Source of the DNA: Rhina ancylostomus
Lineage: Eukaryota
Direction: 5' to 3'
Length of the DNA: 64,000 nt
Assembly: GCA_030265395.1 (NCBI GenBank)
Contig: JARFYF010000036.1
Location: forward strand, 13,965,928 to 14,029,927
Program-made: the position numbers and the translations under genes
Shown: in pieces, positions 12,804 through 25,335 of the stretch
Layout of the letters: each line of letters begins with the position of its first letter
Position numbering within the stretch: the first letter of the stretch is position 1
The notes under the pieces: model-generated
What the model was told of the DNA's origin: nothing
The model's input: only the letters and a program-made list of their open reading frames with translations
The model's database searches: none

Positions 12804-13010
12804 CTAGATTGAATATTGACATATTTTTGAACTGCATTCAAAATTGCTTCCGGCTTCCACAAAACACAATTAACATATGGTGTTACATATGCTTTAAATG
12901 ACAAATATTGCTGAAGAAGTTACTGCTCATGGCACTGGTGAATACCTTCTGGATGAATATAACAACTAACCGTATTAAAAAGTGCCATCACCAAGGATCG
13001 ACAGTTTACG
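12804..13010 (-). pseudogene. Decayed 207-nt exon: VNCRSLVMALFNTVSCYIHPEGIHQCHEQ*LLQQYLSFKAYVTPYVNCVLWKPEAILNAVQKYVNIQS
   Basis: 68 codons with one TAA; acceptor appears mutated (tttcgg for tttcag); phase 2-2; weak donor gtgttc. Confidence 0.6.
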
Positions 13011-13180
13011 CCGAAATTCAAATTTCATTATCTTTATTACACGCAATTTTTTTAGCTATGATTTATTACCCTAATTTGTACAAACTGATAGTGTTACTGT
13101 TTGTCCTGCAACGATATAATTCACTGACTGTAATGTGATACTTTTTTTTTATCTTATATTTTTACCGGTCTGGATCATAC

Positions 13181-13210
13181 CTTTTGTTGTCAGCAATTGT
13201 AACCATCAGC
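13181..13210 (-). pseudogene. 30-nt exon: LMVTIADNK (alternative donor at 13166)
   Basis: ttttttttccag acceptor, AAG|gtatga donor, phase 2-2. Confidence 0.6.
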
Positions 13211-14996
13211 CTGGAAAAAAAAATTAGAGTGCAGACAATAATTATTGCATTATTTTTTTTGTTTGGTTCTTGGCACCAGAATTATGGAATCCCAGTGGAA
13301 TGCAGCCAGAAACCGTGCTTAAGAGAAAGTTGAATATAAAGTGTGCTAATCTGAGGATGTATTTGCCATGTGCTTGAAAGCCCTGAGTTTTATTGAGTGT
13401 GTTAGATTTCACTCTTGTCTCTATCCAGCCATGACTGTCTTTCTTCCTCACTGACAGTGACTGCAGGACAAAATTGACAGGCCTTTAAAGCCAGCTGACG
13501 AAAACCAGCATTAATTAAGTCATTGCCGGACTGTAATTTTGTTAAGAAGTAAAAATCTAATACGAGGAAAGGTTACCGAGTCCTTTCCTGTGTCAGAATT
13601 TCTACACAGCATGAATATTAATATGTCTAATGAAGACAGTCTTTGCTTCATCAAACATCATTCCAAGCACAGGTGCCAGCAGCAAACTCCATTGATTTGT
13701 GCCGAAGACAAATATGTCAGGACAGAGTGACTGTCCTACTCCTTATCTCGGATTCCCAACCTCTTTTTTTTTGTTTACTAATGGACTTTTGTTTAATAGA
13801 TCTTCCCGGGATGCTTGTAGCATAGGGACATTAAATTTACAGGTTTTAACAAGGAAACAAGTCAGTACAAATGATCTACTTATGGGTTGTCTAAATCATT
13901 TCAGTTGCCATCTCTGGTTCTGTCGCTTCATCCCACATGCAGTTTCAGGACTACTGATACAGAAAAACAATTAAGTGATAAACTTAGAAATCCTTATGTT
14001 TATGAGGCATTATGTGGCTCCTGTGCACTGAATAGATGTACTGGTAAGGTGTTTATTAGCTTGCAGCAGCCATTTATTGTTGAGAACACTGTGGGGTTTC
14101 TTGGTTTATCACAATTATAGTAAATGTTTGAGGTTTTTTTTAAATTAGAAAAGCAGTTTGACAAAAACATGCACTAATGACATTGTTTTCAGCTTAGGAT
14201 TGTGGAAGATGTACCATGGAGGACTGCTATTTTTTGTGTTTAACTGCCGTCATGATGTGATTCTCAATAAGATCATCACAGTCAAAGTTTACGTGACGGA
14301 AGTGATTTTATATCTTATATTCAGCTAAGTATTTTGCACTATTTTCTCCACCAACAACTTTAAGAATGATATACTTGCCTTTTAAAATTAGTAGCAATAG
14401 CATAATATGATGACTTAGAAAGCTGAGAATGTGATTTGAAGTTGTTCTGTTTACAGGATTCAGAAACATTAGTGGGAAAATAAGGATTGGAAACAAAGGA
14501 ATGAAATGTATCTAAAGGACAGCCACACATGATTGAATTTCCATTAAAAATGGGGTTATTTTCTTCTGCACAATTAGAAATTCACCCTAGTCAGTAGCAA
14601 TAAGTATGTTATTGGGTAGCTGCAGAACTATGTGCTTTGCCTCAGAAATTCACTCCAATAGAATGAATGATGGATGCAGAGTGCAACACACTCCCATAAC
14701 CAAACATCGTACTATGGGTACGAATGAGCTTCAAGGCAAACGTACTTGGCAGCCTGCAACAATATACAAGATACTGTCTGATCAAAACTCATTTATTTTT
14801 GGATGTGCACTGGACATACTGTAATCTATAAGGCTACCAACCATCAGGTGGGAAATGGGATTCAGCTGAACAGTAGTTTTTAAACCAGTGTGCACATGAC
14901 GAACTGAACTGACTCCTGTATTAAGTTCAATGGTTTCAGGAGAAATGGCTGTTGAACATCTAGGCAGATATGTACACCTGCTGGAAATGCCTTTAC

Positions 14997-15153
14997 TTCC
15001 TCCTTCCCTCTTCCAGTAGCTTGTCCTGATCTCTGCACATTTTGTCACTGATGCACTCAAATGTGGGACCACCATGCTTGTGCTGAAGCCTTAAAGCCTC
15101 AAAGGGACTTTCAGCACCTGAGTTACTGTGGTCCTTTGCAACTTTAAGAAATT
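14997..15153 (-). pseudogene. 157-nt exon: EFLKVAKDHSNSGAESPFEALRLQHKHGGPTFECISDKMCRDQDKLLEEGRR
   Basis: ttcttgtttttttag acceptor, GAA|gtaaag donor, open frame, phase 1-2 compatible with both neighbours. Confidence 0.7.
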
Positions 15154-15723
15154 CTAAAAAAACAAGAAATACTTGCAGAATCACAACAGCAGCAAAAAGA
15201 AATCAACCAACAACCAATCTGCAAGTAGCGGATAAACATTAATAAAGTCCCATTGGGAGTTCCTTGCTGTTGCTTATCACATGTTCAGCTCTGAAAAGCT
15301 AAAAGTGGAGATTAATTGGGCTCTGAAATGCTCATGATGTTCATTAAATCATTTGCTGTTCCATCGCTCATGGTGTTAGTAATACACACAAATCACCCAA
15401 CAAATGTGCAACTGGGGGTGCCAGTTTGAAAGGCACTCAAGCCTAACAAATGGGCACCACTGATCCAAAGCTCAATGTGGCACAAAATCTGGTGCAGAAA
15501 GTCAAACGGTGAGGAGAAAGAAATAATAGAGTGAAAAGAAAACCTTAAAAAGTGAAACATATTTAAAATTTTAGACATCTCCAAAAATAACTAAATTCTG
15601 AAAGAATGAGATTCCATATTTGCAAAAATAGATTTCCAATGCTAAAGAGGTTGTTGGATAGTAATGAAGACCCATCATACAGGTGAAAAATCAGTAAGAT
15701 ATAGATGTTTAGTGCATACTTAC

Positions 15724-15768
15724 CCTCTTTGCATATTGGTGAATCTCCCAGGTAATTACAGCAAACAA
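15724..15768 (-). pseudogene. Short exon: VCCNYLGDSPICKE
   Basis: Strong donor GAGG|gtaagt, phase-1 end matches the next exon; acceptor uncertain. Confidence 0.5.
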
Positions 15769-15804
15769 CTAGTAATGTAGTTATTAGTGCTGTGTAATTT
15801 TATT

Positions 15805-16150
15805 TTATTATTCATTTATGGGATGTAGATGCTTGAAATGCCAGCATTTGTTATCTGTTCCTAATTGGCCCTGAAATATAGAGACAGTTAAGAGCTGACC
15901 ACATTGATGGACCTGGAGTAACATACAGATCTGGTAAAGACAGAATATTTCCTTCCTTGAAGGTTGATAGTGAACCAGATGGGATTTTGTGATTACAGTT
16001 ACTAAGATCGGCTTTTTTAGATTCCAGATTTATTTAATTCTTTGAATTTATTTTTCCCAGTTGCCATGTTGTGATTCAAGCCAGTATCTGTGGATCAATG
16101 GCCCAGAAATGTATTTGCTAGTTCCATTGCTTCACCACTAAGTACCAGAG
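15805..16150 (-). mobile_element. Old SINE with LINE-derived tail
   Basis: Reverse-complement similarity to 26555-27050. Confidence 0.5.
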
Positions 16151-16520
16151 TACATTGGACAGCTTTCCAAATGAACTCCATATTTGCAACCTTTGAAAAT
16201 TGCTGTGTGTTTTATGTCAAAAAATAATGAACACTCTTCCCGATATACTTGCAGGTCAATGCAAAAAAAACAATAGATGGCACTGAGGTCTCAAGATATG
16301 ACTAACACATGCCCATTGGTCTTGCAAAACCCTTGCTACAGCTTCATTATTGTGACTGCTGTAACCATTCAGTGCTCATTATGTTGTTAGTGGCCCTAAC
16401 CCATAACCACCAGCCTAATGTTATGCAACTGGGACCAGCTGTGATTGAAGTTGTGCATGCCCCTTTAAGGGGGAAATGTTTCTGGTTGTAATTAATCATG
16501 AGCATGTTTTGCAAACTTAC

Positions 16521-17105
16521 CAGAAGACATAGTAGAAGAGAGGCAGTAACTGATCTTCATACGTAACTGTGAATGCTTTTGTTGGGATTTGGAAGTCCTT
16601 GTCAGAGAAGTACAGGCGCAGCCTTTTTTCCCTCCGACTCTGGGTCTCCTTGCTGCTCTTTCTTCAGTATCAGTTGCCATCTACTGTTGGCTAGGTTCTC
16701 TGGCATACCACACTCACTGATGAAGTCTGTGTGCCCAATCTCATTCAGGCACATGAATCTCGTCTTTGGAAGACTGATGGCACTTTTTTAGTACTTGTGT
16801 AGTTCTTGTAATGTTAATAAAGCTTCCCAGGTAGCACTGTGAATTAGCATGAAGAGGAAGGCAAGATTCATGTGCCTTCCTCTTCATGCTTCTTCTTCCT
16901 CTTCATTTGACCCTGTTCCAAATTCCACTGAACCATCCTGATTGACAAAAGCCATAACAATGCCTGCAGTAGAGGAGTTCTGCCAGTGGTGTCGCCACTG
17001 AGGTACCCATGAATCAAGTGCACTCGATGAACTTCCAGTGTTTGAGCTGCTTGCAGTCACTTCTAAAGCTGTCCAGTCAATTTCCCTTATGTTGAAGAGT
17101 ATTCC
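16521..17105 (-). pseudogene. 585-nt decayed exon: E*LFNIREIDW...GIVMAFVNQDGSVEFG...A*RGRHMNLAFLFMLIHSATWEALLTLQELHKY*KSAISLPKTRFMCLNEIGHTDF...WQLILKKEQQG / +1 / RLRLYFSDKDFQIPTKAFTVTYEDQLLPLFYYVF
   Basis: tgttttaag acceptor, CTG|gtaagt donor; about 160 codons in one frame with 3 stops, then a frameshift in an A6 run at about 16625. Confidence 0.75.
16846..16890. repeat. Perfect 18-bp inverted repeat with 9-nt spacer
   Basis: AGCATGAAGAGGAAGGCA-agattcatg-TGCCTTCCTCTTCATGCT. Confidence 0.95.
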
Positions 17106-20100
17106 TTAAAACACATAAATTTGACGAAGTACAGCAATAGGCTTTTAGCTGCAATGTGGCTGTTCAAAGGTTATTAGTATCACCTTAACGCTCTAACTTC
17201 TGCTGATAAGGGTGAAAATAAATGCCGCAAATATAATGATATCATTAGTGTGAGTCTATTGCCAGATCAGTGGCTCTAATGTGCAGAGCACTTGGAAGTG
17301 ACCAGTCCAATTTCCCAATGGGTGCTATTTGTCCAGGAAATGATCACAAACATAATCTAACCTGGGTTAAGTCACCTTAATACGTGATTTGTGCATGAAA
17401 AGAAAACATTCTAATAGATTCAGTTCCTAGACAAGTGTCCCAGTCAGATTGCTTTGGTTTGTAAAATAATTAAGTACTTTCAGTTGAGATTATGTTTTAC
17501 AATCCACAAGTGCAAGCAAAATGCAAAGATAATGTTAATGCTCTGATGTATTTACTGATATTGCAACTGGCAAAGAGTCTTTGACTTAAACATTAACCCT
17601 GTTTCTCTTTCCACAGATGCTGGCTGACCTGCTGAGTATTTCCAGCATTTTCTGTTTTTATTTCAGATCTCCAGCATCTGCAGGTTTTTTTTTAATTTTC
17701 AAAGATTGATGGGTTAGGTCAACAGTAAAAAAGAAAGTGCCAATGCACTCACTTGGAACACTGTGTCCTGGTTTTAAAAAAAGAACTGGGTACCATTTCT
17801 GTCAATCATAATCCCAAAGTTATTTCAGAGATTTTCACTGGATGTGCAAGGGTGATTAACAGTAGACCCTGATATTGCACGTCGTTTGACCCCATTTGTA
17901 TTTTTGTAGGTCAATTAGTCACTGATGCAGCGATATTACAAAGCTAAAAACAGAACTGTTTTCACTTGTCTCTAAAATTGTTACAAGCAAGGTTATACTT
18001 CAGAAGTCCTGCTTTTCACTCTTTGGTTTCTTTTCTCTTTCTCACCTGAAGATCATAACTTTTGCTGCTGTGTAGATTCACTCAGGATCCCTACAACTCT
18101 TAGGAGAAAAACTGAAGAAGAACCCCAGCCTCTAAAACCACACAATCATGGAACAAAAACAAGGAGATGACACATTCTCAAGATAATTAAGTTTCATGTT
18201 GCAGAAGTGAAGATTGAAATGTAGAATGTTATGTCTAAAAGGAAATGTGGAAGGAAGAGCATGAATGCAAACTCCAGCCAGCACTAAGGTACATCGTGGA
18301 GGGAGGGGAGAANNNNNNNNNNNNNNNNNNNNNNNNNNNNNNNNNNNNNNNNNNNNNNNNNNNNNNNNNNNNNNNNNNNNNNNNNNNNNNNNNNNNNNNN
18401 NNNNNNNNNNNNGGAGAAGTTATCCTGCTTGACATTAAATTGGTTTGAACCTCATAAAGGGGAGTTACATTCTGGCTTCAAGATCGGGTGGGAGTGAGTG
18501 CTATGCCAGAAGCAAATTGGACAAGAAGTCCTAGTGGATAATTAAAAAAAGATCACTCTCCTTCCTCTTCCTTTCTGTGATTGGAGCCAATCACCAAGGA
18601 GCTGAGAAAGGTGCTTGTAAAAGTGTCACAAGCTCTTGGGGTCAGTGAATCCATCTTGAAATATTGTATTCCATCAGCCACAGTGCTTGCCTCACACATT
18701 GCTCCATACATCACGTGCCATCACTCACCAACCAAACACGTCAAATTAATCAAGACCCATACCAAACATCCATAACATCACAGTCTCACAACCCAATCAC
18801 TGCTGCAAGCCACCCAGTCCCATTCAGCCATCTTAACCAAGGAATGTCCACTGCACCCACCAAGTTCATCAGACCTGCATTCTAATAGCTGATGTGTGGA
18901 TCTCCAGCTTATTTATCTATAGTTGGCATAACCATAAAATTTAGAAGGGTGTTCACATTAGTTGTTGACCTTGGTGCACTCTGTGTTGGTAAACGATCTA
19001 TCATTGCTCCTTTGTATTGTTGGAAAATAGGGATTCCTTTTAGGTTTTCAGCACAAATTCATTTGTGTGCCATTGTTGTTTCTTTATTCACGCCCATGTT
19101 TAAGTTCCCCTTGTCCAGATCAATATTTCACTGACAGATTTGAGGCTGAACCTTTCAAGATAATTTTAATCTTTTAAAGATATTTGCATTATACTGTTAC
19201 TGTGGAACAAATTTAGGATTCTAAAAAAAGTTATATTAATAATAAATGCAATATTTTCCCTATCTACAAGAAAGTGTTGTACCATGTTTTCTGAAACCTC
19301 TTCAAGGCATACCTTTCTGAATTCCCATTGTTTATGAAACAACTAATCTTGTTAAATCATTGGGATTACGATTGTTTGGTGCCTATGGATAAATTTTGTC
19401 CTGGAATAGGGTTTAAAGTGGATGTTTTGTGTGACATATTTGAATGGCCTGAATTGAATGGGCCTGGTTTTTGCAAGAATCCAAAACAACAAGTCAGATA
19501 GCCAGACAGCGAAAAGTTGCAAAGGTTTTTGACCAATGATAACCACCACTCTAATAAATCTGACACCATCACGATGCTGAGCCTGCTGAAGTGGCAGACA
19601 TCTGAGATATTACATCGATACTCAGCAGACCAGTGGACACAGGAAAAGACGAGCATAAAACACAATAGAAATTTCATTCAGAAACAACGAGCATTAAATT
19701 TACTGTCAGCACACAACCTCAGTGAAAAGATTGCAGCAGAAACATCTGTAGTAAACATTAATCATGACTGGCAACATCAGGAAACTTATTCAAGAAGAAA
19801 GAACGACATTTGATCTGTTTAAAATCACAAGGGCAAGGTGCCGAAGTCTAAATCTCTCTAAATGAAACATCAAAGCCTGGGCAACAGAGCAGCAGGTGAA
19901 CTGTAACGGTTCAGATACTCAGTGTACAGTTTAACATTATTGTCAAAGGAGATGTAACAAGGAAGTAGCCAAGGACTAAAATGGCAGTGCTGGTGACAGT
20001 GGCAAGGTAGCACAGTACAAAGCTAACCCAGGCACTGCAATTATAGGAAGCTTCTCCAGTGACACATAATACACATATATTTGTAGAAAACTGAGAGGAT

Positions 20101-20392
20101 TTTCATTGAATGTATAGGTTACATGATTTTATTTTAAATAGACTATGATTATTATATTATCTACTGTTGTCTTGTAGCAACTTTGAGGTGTTGACCAGAA
20201 GGGGGTTGAGATGTGGCAGCTGAAGGGAGATGTGGCTGCAGATTCCTAGAAACATTGTCCTGTGAGGAGATTTCTGCTGACAGAGTCTAAGCAATCTAAT
20301 GGTGTCCCATTGTGCCATTAACAGGAAGCGCAGGGGGAAAAGAAATCACATCCCTGGGAGACACCCAAGAGCCAACAAAAGTCTGTTGCTAC

Positions 20393-20538
20393 CTGATGCA
20401 GATGTTCCTCAGAAGATGTGCCTTTGTCTGAATGACACTTGTCAAGGCTTGCATTAGATTTCAAAGCCTCTGAAGAGTTTACTGGTGGAAAGTAGCCGTC
20501 TTCAACAATTATCACTCTGAACCATCTGAACCATAGCC
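20393..20538 (-). pseudogene. 146-nt exon: LWFRWFRVIIVEDGYFPPVNSSEALKSNASLDKCHSDKGTSSEEHLHQ
   Basis: gctttctcag acceptor, CAG|gtagca donor, open, phase 1-0; internal 9-nt tandem duplication. Confidence 0.5.
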
Positions 20539-23519
20539 CTGAGAAAGCACAAATGCTTGCAGAGTAACCCTAGTTTTTGCAATGTGTATTCAGAATCATC
20601 AAGTGTTGGAAGTCTTTCAGAGGCAGGGTGGCCTTTTCAGACAGGAATTTGAATTGAGTACAGGCTAGCTTTAACATTGATCCTGGAACCCATGAAGTCT
20701 CATAACATCAAAACAAATATGGGGAACAAAACCTCCCAATTATTGACAACCCACCTCCTCCTCAGCCGATGAACCAGTATTCCTCTTGTTGAAGAGAACT
20801 TGTGTATAATACGAGTTGTGAATAATGATTATTACTTTAAAACTGTCACCTCTTTAAAGGTATTAGCATGTGACTAACTGCTCTCTGGGTCACAACAATG
20901 GTTTGTAAAAAGTTCAAAAGACAGCCTATGAAGAATTATATCCAAACTATGAGCCTTTCATCTCACAGTGTAAGACTGCATCTTTTGCCACGGAGGTTTA
21001 AAACGCACTGAGCTCACACAGTTTGTACTTTGGAAGAAGTCCTGAAAGCAGCTCTGGGACAGAGTGTACTCTGGGCAGGCGCCTTTAGTGCCCAACATGA
21101 AAGAACCAGCATAGCCTGAACCGACTGAATCATGAAGGACATAGGTGCCAGACCATTTGGAATATCCTCTCCTTTCCCACTGATTCCACAGATGCCACCC
21201 ACCTCTCTCTCTCATGGGGGAGCAGCTGCAGTCCTCATCACTGAAATTTACATCTCTCAAGTAGCCTTATTTTGAGAAATTTCTATTAAAATGTGGAAGT
21301 TATAGAACTGTAGTCGGTCCTGGCCTTCTACATTTACAAGGGCCAGTCATATCANNNNNNNNNNNNNNNNNNNNNNNNNNNNNNNNNNNNNNNNNNNNNN
21401 NNNNNNNNNNNNNNNNNNNNNNNNNNNNNNNNNNNNNNNNNNNNNNNNNNNNNNCAATTTCCTCAAAAAATAGAGGCATTGCTGTGCCTTCCTAATGACA
21501 GCTGAGGTGTGTATTGCCCAGGAGAAGTCCTTGGTGATGTATACACCCAGATTTACCCATACTTTTCCAATAGTGGAAACCTTTATTTGAAGTCGAAAGA
21601 TTATAGAAATCTTAATTTAACAGCTGACAAGAGAATCCCTTCTCTGCCTCTCTATTCCTCCTTGCTAAGAGCTAAGATCTGCATTATACTTACAAGCATA
21701 TGGGTGGCCAATCTAGCAATGATCCCATGAGAAACAACTTCCTGCAACTTCCAGTCCAGATGAATGGTCGCGACCCAAAACATCAACTGTCCACTTCCCT
21801 CCATAGATGCTCCCTGACCTGCTGAGTTCCTCCAGCTTTTTGTGTTTTGCTTCAACTTCCTGCATATGACCAGTTATTTCTCAGACTGCAGCTCCAGTCA
21901 CAGTGCGGCTCCTGTCTTAGAGGTTTTGGGGATCAACTAGTTTCCCTCTCCTTGACTGCAGTAACTTTGTGACTGAGAGGTCCAACTTTAAGTTTGCATC
22001 CCAATACTACAAACAATAGTTTTTCCTTTGACCTAAGGCTACTTTCCCACTCTCCCTCCCCTCTCGGCCTCAGCGAGCAATTTGCTTCCCTCACTTTTCC
22101 ATCTCAGCTGTTTTTAAATTTTAAGAACAGCATTGTAATGTTAAACTGCAAGGTAGGTGATCAACAATTTCAGCAGTTGCAGTGGGTTACTCTGCTTCAC
22201 TATCCTAGTGGGAAAGAATTGTTCCATAGAATTATGCAATTGCAAAGGTTTTGTGATCAGACAACTTCAAAACTTCAAACATCTTTGTTGGAGCAAGCTA
22301 GTTCATGTCAATATTCATGTCAAGCTTGTGAGGACAAAACCAAGGAGTCTCTGTTTTACTACAGTATTGTCAAGGCTAATTCTTTGAATACACAACTTCC
22401 CACATGCCCAGACTTGCCAACACCTCACTGCCACACTGGCCTTTGTTTTGTAAGCCCACAGGCTACATTCACTGTCTTTAAAACCACGGTACTCAGCATG
22501 ATGAGAAGGGAGCTTTGTGGTTAATTTCTGAATTGTGGACACAAGCTCTCCTTTATTGCACAATGCCTGTACAACCATTCGGTTCCATTAATGTTGGCAC
22601 AGTCAGCCACTTTTCTTGGAGGAGACACAAGAGACTGCAAATGCTGGAATCTGGAGCGATACACGAGATGCTGGAGGAAATCAGCAGGTCGGGTAACATA
22701 TATGGAGGAAAATGGACAGTTGATGTTTTGGGTCAAGATCCTTCATCCTGCAGGTATTGCCACAGAGTTTAGAGACTGGAAGTACACTTTCTGGTGTATT
22801 TTACAGTGTTTTGAACTAATTAAATATTATAATTGATTTAAAATGACTTTAGGCATAACTGGTGTTATGGCATTTGCCCAGTGTTACAAAGCCTTACAGA
22901 CTGTATCTGTTCAGAACATTTTGATAGTGATATTGGTCATGTTTTGAGACAAGTCACTGGATGTGCCATGCCTAAAGTTAGCACTTTTTCCACGATCCCG
23001 ACTGTTAAATTACCATTCTAGCAAATTGCAGCACTTCTTCTCCAGAAAATTGGGGTGGAACACTATTTTAATTTGTGATATGTGTCACTGATCGTGCAAA
23101 TGCAACACATTTGGGCTCTAGATTCCTTCTTAATGTTTCCATTTATTATCAGTTATTATCTGCCATTTTCCTCCTCTCTGAAACCTAGTTTGTGTTTTAT
23201 TCTGCTCCTCCTGGGAAATGCTTTGTACCTGATTTACACAGAAATCTATCATAACTGCTTTTGAAATGGAAGGTGTATATAATTAACATGCAGTTGCAAG
23301 AATTTTTGATGGAATGTCACAATTTTCAGGGATCCCTTTGAATTTTGCGAATTTGTTGTACCTGAGCTGAACATCAAATAATGCAATAAAATTGTAACAA
23401 TAAATTTCAAGCTAAGGTTCAGGACATTAATAGATGAACACAGCAGGGCCCATCCAGGCTTACCTCCCCAGAAAGGACAGTAATTCACAGTTGCTATTTA
23501 ACTGGATCTTCATTCATTT

Positions 23520-23694
23520 GCAGAAACAAAGAACTGCGAATGCTGGAATCTAGACGAAAAAAGAACAAGACTCTGGAGGAACTCAAAGCAGACTGTCAAC
23601 GTTTCAGGTCAAGACCTTTCTTCAGGACTGCAGATAGGAAAAGGGGAAGCCCATTACACGGGGGGAGAAGCAGAGCAGTGTTAGGTGGACAGAA
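23520..23694 (-). mobile_element. Penelope-derived pseudo-LTR with hammerhead-like core
   Basis: Minus strand GTC-CTGAAGA-A-AGGTC-TT-GACCT-GAAAC-GTT-GAC at 23595-23628. Confidence 0.65.
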
Positions 23695-23814
23695 GAGGGG
23701 AGGCGGGGTGGGCANNNNNNNNNNNNNNNNNNNNNNNNNNNNNNNNNNNNNNNNNNNNNNNNNNNNNNNNNNNNNNNNNNNNNNNNNNNNNNNNNNNNNN
23801 NNNNNNNNNNNNNN

Positions 23815-24065
23815 CTGTACGATCGGTATGCAAGACAAGTTTTTCACTGTACCTTGGTACAAGTGACAATAATAAACCAATACCAATACCAGTACCACTA
23901 ACCCCATATCCCTTGATTCCCCTAACATCCAAGAACATACTCAATGACTGAGCCTCCACAGATCCTGTGGATTGAGAATTCCAAGGTTTCACTACCCCAG
24001 GGATAAAGAAATTTCTTCTCTTCTTTGCACTGAATGGCTGACTCCACATTTTGAGACTGTGACCA
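23815..24065. mobile_element. Rex1/Babar 3' tail (+) abutting a CR1 3' fragment (-)
   Basis: 'tttcactgtaccttggtacaagtgacaataataaaccaatacc' then KRRNFFIPGVVKPWNS...VEAQSL on the minus strand. Confidence 0.6.
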
Positions 24066-24624
24066 TATGGAGCAGCAGACTCCTGCAGTCATGAACTGGA
24101 ATTAGTAGCTTCATCTTAAACTGGAGAGATTACATTTTTGATGAGCAACTGAGAAACCTTGAATACTATTTGGTGGAAAGGGTGTGGCAGAGACAGAGAA
24201 GCCATTCCTAAAGTACCAATCATAGCAACAAATACAATAGGTAAGGATATGTTTGCGGTATTAGGTTTGACACACTTCACGATGCTAAAACCTCTTGAGT
24301 GGTCATCTCATGGGTCTCAATGTGTAGTGCAATCTCTCTAATGCAAATATATTATCAAAATATTTTCTTCTGATTCCCAAAATGTTACTCTACTCGGTTT
24401 GAGGTACATGAATCATTACATGAAGACCTTTTCTAAGAATTGCTTATCCTTTACATTTATAGATTGGGAGCTTGGTTCACACAGGAGCCCATCTATTTGA
24501 CTGACCTTTCATGGATAGCCACTACAGAACTTCACTGGCCATTATTTGCACATTCCACACAAATTGAAAAGTCTTCAGCCATAACCACTCTTTGGTCAGG
24601 TCAGGCCACTGACAGGAATTGCAT

Positions 24625-24810
24625 TCACCTGCAACAAACAGAGAGATTTAGGCACCCACCTACACTAGGTGCATTTACAGTGGCAAATTAACCTACAACC
24701 AGCAAGTCGTGGCATGTGGATTGAAACCAGAGCACCCGGGGGAAACCCATGCAGTGACAGAGAGAATGTGCAAACTCCACACAGACAGCACCAAGAGTAA
24801 AGGTCAAACC
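24625..24810 (-). mobile_element. V-SINE fragment
   Basis: 'gagaatgtgcaaactccacacagacagcac' is the reverse complement of the V-domain. Confidence 0.7.
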
Positions 24811-24994
24811 TTTTAGGGAAGCAACATACACTGTTTATGTATGAAGGCAGACATTAAGGACTTTCTCCAAGAGAAGGATCTTGAGAGCATTTATGGAGTT
24901 GACCCCATTTGCAAACAGTGTAGGCCACCACTTTACTCTCACCTCCCTATTGTTGGTAGGTTGGTACAATCAAGAGCCAGTTCTCTTGCATGCT

Positions 24995-25335
24995 GGCAGG
25001 GTGGTCAGTGCTGCTGCCTCACAGCTCCAGAGTCCTGGGTTTGATCTTGAACCCTGGTGCTGTCTGTGTGGAGTTTGCACATTCTCCCTGTGACCACGTG
25101 GGCTCCCTGTGTGTGCCAGTTTCCTTCCGCATGCCATAGACTTGCTGGCTTGTGGGTTAATTGGCTACTGTAAACATCCCTAATGTAGGTAGGTAGGAGG
25201 AGAATCGGGGGGAGGGTGGGGTGATGGGGATGGGAAATGAAAAATGAGGTTAATGTAGCTCGTACTGGGTGCTGGCATAGGCATGGATGTGAAGGATTGA
25301 AGAGCTTGTTTCTCTGCTGTATGATTCTATGGCTT
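24995..25335 (+). mobile_element. V-SINE (HE1-like), near full length
   Basis: tRNA-like head, V-domain, CR1-like tail 'ctgctgtatgattctatg'. Confidence 0.75.

Noticed and set aside
20967-21240. Open minus-strand frame ending at a gtgaga donor-like site
   Set aside because: Phase does not fit the next exon and no frame is convincingly protein-like; not included in the gene model.
21994-22524. 176-aa plus-strand ORF
   Set aside because: Non-ATG start, no recognisable motif, no splice support.
24995-25070. tRNA-like sequence
   Set aside because: It is the head of a V-SINE; no full cloverleaf.
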